Below, piece after piece: positions 25,526-29,118 of a stretch of 29,118 nucleotides of DNA. Origin of the DNA: a virus (Duplodnaviria > Caudoviricetes); the IMG/VR virus record IMGVR_UViG_3300044841_000106, positions 1 to 29,118 of that record; one strand, written 5' to 3'. Within the stretch, counting starts at the first letter, position 1, and every line of letters begins with the position of its first letter. The notes below the pieces were generated by a model. The model searched no databases and was not told where the DNA came from. It worked only from the letters and a program-made list of their open reading frames with translations. The position numbers were made by a program, and so were the translations under genes.

Positions 25526-25773
25526 AGCTGGTTGGCCGCTTTGATTACTGCGGTTATTTCGTCAAGCTCGACCTCTTGAGAGTAGACCTCGACCGTACGG
25601 TCAAGCATTTTGCCGGTCGGGTATTCCTTCACAACGTAATCAACACCTTCTTTGCCATTGTTAATATTATCTTGATACCGAGAGTAGTACCGCTTGCCTC
25701 CTATCTTTCCTTCATAGACCGTTTGCATTTCAGGATATTCGCGCACCTCTGAAACAGTAATTTTGTACTTCAT
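25522..25773 (-). CDS. Hypothetical protein
   Basis: 83 aa; first of three coupled genes. Confidence 0.75.
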   Translation of the reverse strand: MKYKITVSEVREYPEMQTVYEGKIGGKRYYSRYQDNINNGKEGVDYVVKEYPTGKMLDRTVEVYSQEVELDEITAVIKAANQL

Positions 25774-25785
25774 ACTATTTTCTTC

Positions 25786-25825
25786 GCCCTCACCTGCCCG
25801 CGTGAGTCCACGGGCATGTAAGGGC
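25786..25825 (-). other. 16-bp hairpin with one A.G mismatch
   Basis: GCCCTTAC-A-TGCCCGTG-gactca-CGCGGGCA-G-GTGAGGGC. Confidence 0.7.
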
Positions 25826-25845
25826 TACTCACTGTGCTGATAAAT

Positions 25846-26058
25846 GCAGATGCGCCCAGTGAAGCGGGCGAGGATTTGCCATTTTCAGCGAACAACAAGG
25901 TAAGAGCTTTCGCGCTTGACGGTTTTATCCGCCCTGTTGCTACTAAAACTGTAAGTCACCTCGCATGACTGGATTACTCGGATACGTTCCCAGCCTCGCC
26001 ACCCGACAAAGGTCTTAGCGTCTACCTATTCCGCCACCGCTTCTTTGGACGCACCTGC
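25846..26058 (-). ncRNA. tRNA-Leu-like structured RNA with insertions (core 26043-25860), not a canonical tRNA
   Basis: Acceptor GAAGCGG/CCGCTTC plus A; Leu-type D arm TGGCGGAATAGGTAGACGC; T stem GCGAGG/CCTCGC enclosing 85 nt; outer 13-bp stem. Confidence 0.8.
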
Positions 26059-26064
26059 CTACTG

Positions 26065-26484
26065 CTAACGCTTTGCTCTCAGTTCTTTATGCAACGCCGC
26101 GTGGTGCTTGTGACAGAGCCACTTGACCTCTAGGGGCTTGGAGTAATCCTCGTGGTGTCCGTGGCTCTTTGACTCCCCGCACGTCTCACAAGGTTGTCTC
26201 TTTATCTTCCCGCGCTTGACTGCATCTCTAAACTTCTCGCGGGCGAAGTACTTTTCTGGATACCGTGCTTCGCTTCGCTTTTGACTTTCACGCGCGGCCT
26301 TCTTTCCTTGCGGTGTGGAAAGCCACGCCTTGAACCTTGCCTGTCTTGCTGCTGTTTTTGCCGGGTCGCCGCCCCAAGCGTAAGTTCTGATCGGCCTTCC
26401 TTTTTTATTCGCGTACCATTTCTTGAAGTACGCACGCTGATGCTTTTTCTGTGCCTCTGTGAGAGGCCTCCTAACTTTCGCCAT
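26065..26484 (-). CDS. HNH-family endonuclease-like protein
   Basis: CETCG...HGHHEDYSKPLEVKWLCHKHH; basic N-terminus; TAAAAT 5 nt before ATG. Confidence 0.85.
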   Translation of the reverse strand: MAKVRRPLTEAQKKHQRAYFKKWYANKKGRPIRTYAWGGDPAKTAARQARFKAWLSTPQGKKAARESQKRSEARYPEKYFAREKFRDAVKRGKIKRQPCETCGESKSHGHHEDYSKPLEVKWLCHKHHAALHKELRAKR

Positions 26485-26579
26485 AGGCGATTTTAGTTAG
26501 CGTGTAATTTCGACTATTCGGTTGTCAACGAGCGCGCCTCTACATCTATCCTCTCATGGATTGGAAAACACGCAACAGG

Positions 26580-26623
26580 TTATCCCCACCTCTCCACTTT
26601 GCAGTATTTCTTTGGTGTATACT
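26580..26623 (+). promoter_or_regulatory. Promoter: TTATCCCCA box, TTGCAG-N13-TATACT; likely leaderless ATG at 26630
   Basis: In the divergent intergenic region 26485-26629; 6 nt from -10 to ATG. Confidence 0.6.
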
Positions 26624-26629
26624 GGCGTT

Positions 26630-26878
26630 ATGAAACAACGAACATCAATCAGTGACGTGCGTGCTGCGATTAATACAGAGATACGATCTAAACAGAAGTT
26701 TTTTACAGAGTACCAAGCCAAAAATCGCAAGGCGATAAATCTACGGAAGCGCCTGTTCAATGCAACGAAACGCGCACGTTCTTTTCCATTTACGGCAGGC
26801 GGTTACTTCGACCCTGAGACCCAGACTGTAGAAATTAACAATATAATCTTCGGTGCCAAACGCCGACCTTCGAAATGA
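26630..26878 (+). CDS. Basic hypothetical protein, 82 aa
   Basis: Start moved to ATG 26630. Confidence 0.65.
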   Translation: MKQRTSISDVRAAINTEIRSKQKFFTEYQAKNRKAINLRKRLFNATKRARSFPFTAGGYFDPETQTVEINNIIFGAKRRPSK

Positions 26879-27011
26879 CCCACCGCTACTTCCAACCATG
26901 CGACCAAGCGAACATCGGCGTTGGCAAGCAACCAGATGCGGAGTGCGTGTGGTGCGAAGGGAGAGGCTTCTATTATCATCTAGGCTGGGCGCGGACGTGC
27001 TCTTGCAAGGT

Positions 27012-27347
27012 ATGACCCACACACCAAAACCCACTCAACAGCAGCGCATCCTACAGACGCTCCAGGCATTGCAGAGCGGCGACCACGATATTCCTGAAAT
27101 CTATATTCGCCGCCATCCCAGCGGCGACGGTGTGTCGGCCCGCTACTTCAAGCAGGTGCTCTTCATCAGCGAGTGCAATGGGCGCATCAGCGAGCTTCGC
27201 ACGAAGGGCTACGAGATTGAAACGAGCAAGGCGAAGGACGAGTACGGGTTTGTCTACCACCGACTAGGAACCGCCCCAGCTCCCTTCAAAGCGAGAGAGC
27301 CCACAATGCTCGACCTTGAGAAGTGGTTCGATTTACTAGCCAACTAG
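27012..27347 (+). CDS. Winged helix-turn-helix DNA-binding protein
   Basis: TQQQRILQTL...GRISELRTKGYEIET...YHRL pattern; start ATG 27012. Confidence 0.75.
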   Translation: MTHTPKPTQQQRILQTLQALQSGDHDIPEIYIRRHPSGDGVSARYFKQVLFISECNGRISELRTKGYEIETSKAKDEYGFVYHRLGTAPAPFKAREPTMLDLEKWFDLLAN

Positions 27348-27354
27348 ATACAAG

Positions 27355-27564
27355 ATGAAAAAGAAAAACATCGTAGGAGAAGTAGAGTTGAAAGGCGACA
27401 AGCTTTTTTATCACATCCGCAACGGGTTGAACGACTTTCACGTGATAGATGTTACGCCCCTATGGAACTTCTTTAAGGAAGTGCAGGAGTTTTCCAAGGA
27501 GCCTCTCGTTTTGCCGCCAAAACCGACAGACCCCGACTACGAAGATGCGCAAGCCAGTGAGTAA
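27355..27564 (+). CDS. Hypothetical protein
   Basis: 69-aa ORF in gene run. Confidence 0.65.
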   Translation: MKKKNIVGEVELKGDKLFYHIRNGLNDFHVIDVTPLWNFFKEVQEFSKEPLVLPPKPTDPDYEDAQASE

Positions 27565-27584
27565 CCACCTAGTACTCCAATTAT

Positions 27585-27677
27585 ATGAATCACGAACAAA
27601 TAGAACTGGCAAAGCTGGCTTGGGTCGCCCTGCTTCAACTCACTGTGGGCTTCTTATTCGGCGCAATTATTTTCTGA
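27585..27677 (+). CDS. 30-aa single-TM peptide, not in ORF track
   Basis: MNHEQIELAKLAWVALLQLTVGFLFGAIIF; same CCAATTAT-ATG leader as the next gene. Confidence 0.6.
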   Translation: MNHEQIELAKLAWVALLQLTVGFLFGAIIF

Positions 27678-27687
27678 CCCCAATTAT

Positions 27688-28203
27688 ATGAAAGACAAGA
27701 AATGCCCTAGTTGCCTCGCAGGTTTCAGCCGCGAAGATGTACTCGGTAATTGCACTTGTCCCGCCCCCATCGGCCGCTCCATCAAAGATGACAACATGCG
27801 CTCCGCCCCCCTCAGCCAAACAGAAGCCTTCCACATAAATGATACTGGAGAAGATCACCCGCCCATACACCGTTCTGAGAGCCAAACAGAGAGGGAGTGT
27901 TGCGCCAAGCCAAACGCCAAAGAGCATTTTGAACAGGTGCTTGGAAAGTGTATCTGCCCCTGCCACACCCAGAGGAGCGACTGGCGGGAGAGGTTCGACC
28001 AGCTCGCCAAAAAACTTAGACTGCGCGAGGAGACTGTCTCAGGCGTTGACGAATACGGCTTGGTGTTGAACTTTGTTTCGGCCGAGAGGGAGAACGTGCG
28101 GAGGGAGTTAATCGAGCTAGTCAAAGAACTAGGTCACCAGCAAGAGGACGACGCTATTTGGGTAAACATGGACGAGTTTCTGACCCGCCTAAAGAACGAG
28201 TGA
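27688..28203 (+). CDS. Hypothetical protein with Cys-rich microdomains
   Basis: CPSC...CTCP and ECC...CICPCH. Confidence 0.7.
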   Translation: MKDKKCPSCLAGFSREDVLGNCTCPAPIGRSIKDDNMRSAPLSQTEAFHINDTGEDHPPIHRSESQTERECCAKPNAKEHFEQVLGKCICPCHTQRSDWRERFDQLAKKLRLREETVSGVDEYGLVLNFVSAERENVRRELIELVKELGHQQEDDAIWVNMDEFLTRLKNE

Positions 28204-28421
28204 TGAAAAAGGAATTACCACTAAAAGTTTTTGTGGCTTCAAGAACTGGCGGTAACGCACGGGGTAGAGGCTCTGACCGTTCGGTGGTCTTAGCGACTTA
28301 CGACAACAAGAACTGGACTCAATACCGAAAGTTTTGGGGTAAGAACCACGCCCAAGATGCCAAGAAGTTTGTAGAAGAGTTTGAACAGGGAAAGGGGATA
28401 GCTGAAAATCCTGTGAGATAA
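28203..28421 (+). CDS. Hypothetical protein, 72 aa
   Basis: TGATG coupling; MKKELPLKVF... Confidence 0.65.
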   Translation: MKKELPLKVFVASRTGGNARGRGSDRSVVLATYDNKNWTQYRKFWGKNHAQDAKKFVEEFEQGKGIAENPVR

Positions 28422-28456
28422 TTGAGAGCGAACTGTTCCTCACCCCGGAGGTTCGC

Positions 28457-28663
28457 ATGAAGCTACGTTGTTACAATCCAGCATGTCGCGGCGCGTTCGG
28501 CCTCACCCGTCGCCATTGTAAAGGCCATGCGTTCTGCTGCCAAAGATGCGTTGATTCCTGGCTGGATCGCTTGGCCGTGCTCCGCAACTTCCTCTATGCC
28601 AAGCCGCCCGATCAGCTTGAGACCGTTCTCCACAAGCCTCCCGATAGCGTCACGGGCGCTTAG
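28457..28663 (+). CDS. Small Cys-rich Zn-finger-like protein
   Basis: SD GGAGG; C....C.G.FGL.R.......FCC..C. Confidence 0.7.
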   Translation: MKLRCYNPACRGAFGLTRRHCKGHAFCCQRCVDSWLDRLAVLRNFLYAKPPDQLETVLHKPPDSVTGA

Positions 28664-28779
28664 AAACGATAAGCCGCGCCACACGCTCTACCTTGGTCTC
28701 CTCCCGACCATGGCCCACTGCTTCCCCTTCATCGGGGAAGTCTTTTTACCGCCTGAGACTATGGAGAGCCTTGTGTTTC

Positions 28780-28850
28780 CTGCCAGATTAGCTAAGTTAC
28801 TGAATTAGCTGGCAGGAGTGGCAGGGCTCGAACCTGCGACCCCCGGTTTT
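28780..28850. other. Probable att junction at the tRNA-Trp 3' end
   Basis: tRNA 3' end faces the prophage; AT-rich GCTAAGTTACTGAATT arm-like segment adjoins it; the duplicate core is not in the window. Confidence 0.6.
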
Positions 28851-28885
28851 GGAGACCGGTGCTCTACCAATTGAGCTACACTCCT
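28810..28885 (-). tRNA. trnW: tRNA-Trp (CCA), 76 nt with encoded CCA end
   Basis: AGGAGTGTAGCTCAATTGGTAGAGCACCGGTCTCCAAAACCGGGGGTCGCAGGTTCGAGCCCTGCCACTCCTGCCA folds as a canonical cloverleaf. Confidence 0.98.
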
Positions 28886-29041
28886 GTACGGATCTGCGTC
28901 GCCGCCGATCCGGGCCGTTTCAAGCATAGGGCGGGCCTGAAAAGCAAGGGTGAAGCGGCGGCGACAGGCCGGCAGAGTACGGATCCAGACCGGTCAAGCC
29001 TTTGCGGTCAGGCCTGGCCAGCCAATTGCGCGGCTGAGCGA

Positions 29042-29116
29042 TTAACGCTTCAGCTTTGCTGCAGCAGCCGGCGCCGCCGGCGGCGTGCAGTCGTATTTGA
29101 TTCCATGTTTTGGGCC
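29042..29116 (-). CDS. Possible 3' end of a host gene (...GPKHGIKYDCTPPAAPAAAAKLKR*)
   Basis: GC-rich open frame running off the window edge. Confidence 0.4.
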   Translation of the reverse strand, partial: GPKHGIKYDCTPPAAPAAAAKLKR

Positions 29117-29118
29117 CA

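Larger units (their letters stand above)
1..28809. mobile_element. Prophage, podovirus-like (no tape measure or tail tube recognised), integrated at tRNA-Trp; left end outside window
   Basis: Contiguous TerS-TerL-portal-scaffold-capsid-adaptor-nozzle-ejection-lysis order plus HNH/NinG genes; ends at the 3' end of a tRNA; flank beyond the tRNA is visibly GC-richer. Confidence 0.93.

Noticed and set aside
25860-26043. Canonical tRNA, tmRNA or group I intron-containing tRNA
   Set aside because: No standard anticodon arm; a D stem is present and there is no G3.U70 pair or tag ORF; the inserts are far too short for a group I core
19875-26588. DnaA-like boxes as a replication origin
   Set aside because: They are single, dispersed and promoter-adjacent, not clustered beside an AT-rich unwinding element
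1-28809. Alternative genetic code (TAG or TGA recoding)
   Set aside because: Long genes are intact in the standard code and end in TGA or TAG at tight gene junctions

Overview
Positions 1 to ~28809 are most of a podovirus-like prophage; its left end and any integrase lie outside the window. It abuts the 3' end of a minus-strand tRNA-Trp(CCA) at 28810-28885, followed by GC-richer host DNA that looks alphaproteobacterial (Bradyrhizobium-like; recognised from memory, not searched). Gene order: NinG-like and small early genes, TerS/TerL, portal, scaffold, major capsid, adaptor, nozzle, ejection proteins, fibre-like proteins, a two-domain endolysin and holin, accessory genes including a HEPN-motif protein, a leftward early operon (putative SSB, two HNH proteins), then rightward small genes up to the att junction. 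Most notable: (1) a ~210-nt tRNA-Leu-like RNA with no anticodon arm, a 78-nt structured insert in its T-loop and a 13-bp clamp extending the acceptor stem; (2) four morphogenesis-region proteins with Sec-type signal peptides; (3) a largely SD-less, partly leaderless phage core resembling Patescibacteria (CPR) phages but carrying SD-led accessory genes in an apparently alphaproteobacterial host; (4) a capsid gene that seems to start at ATT; (5) a recurring promoter design of a DnaA-box-like 9-mer plus a short 13-15 nt -35/-10 spacer. All calls are by eye, with no database searches.
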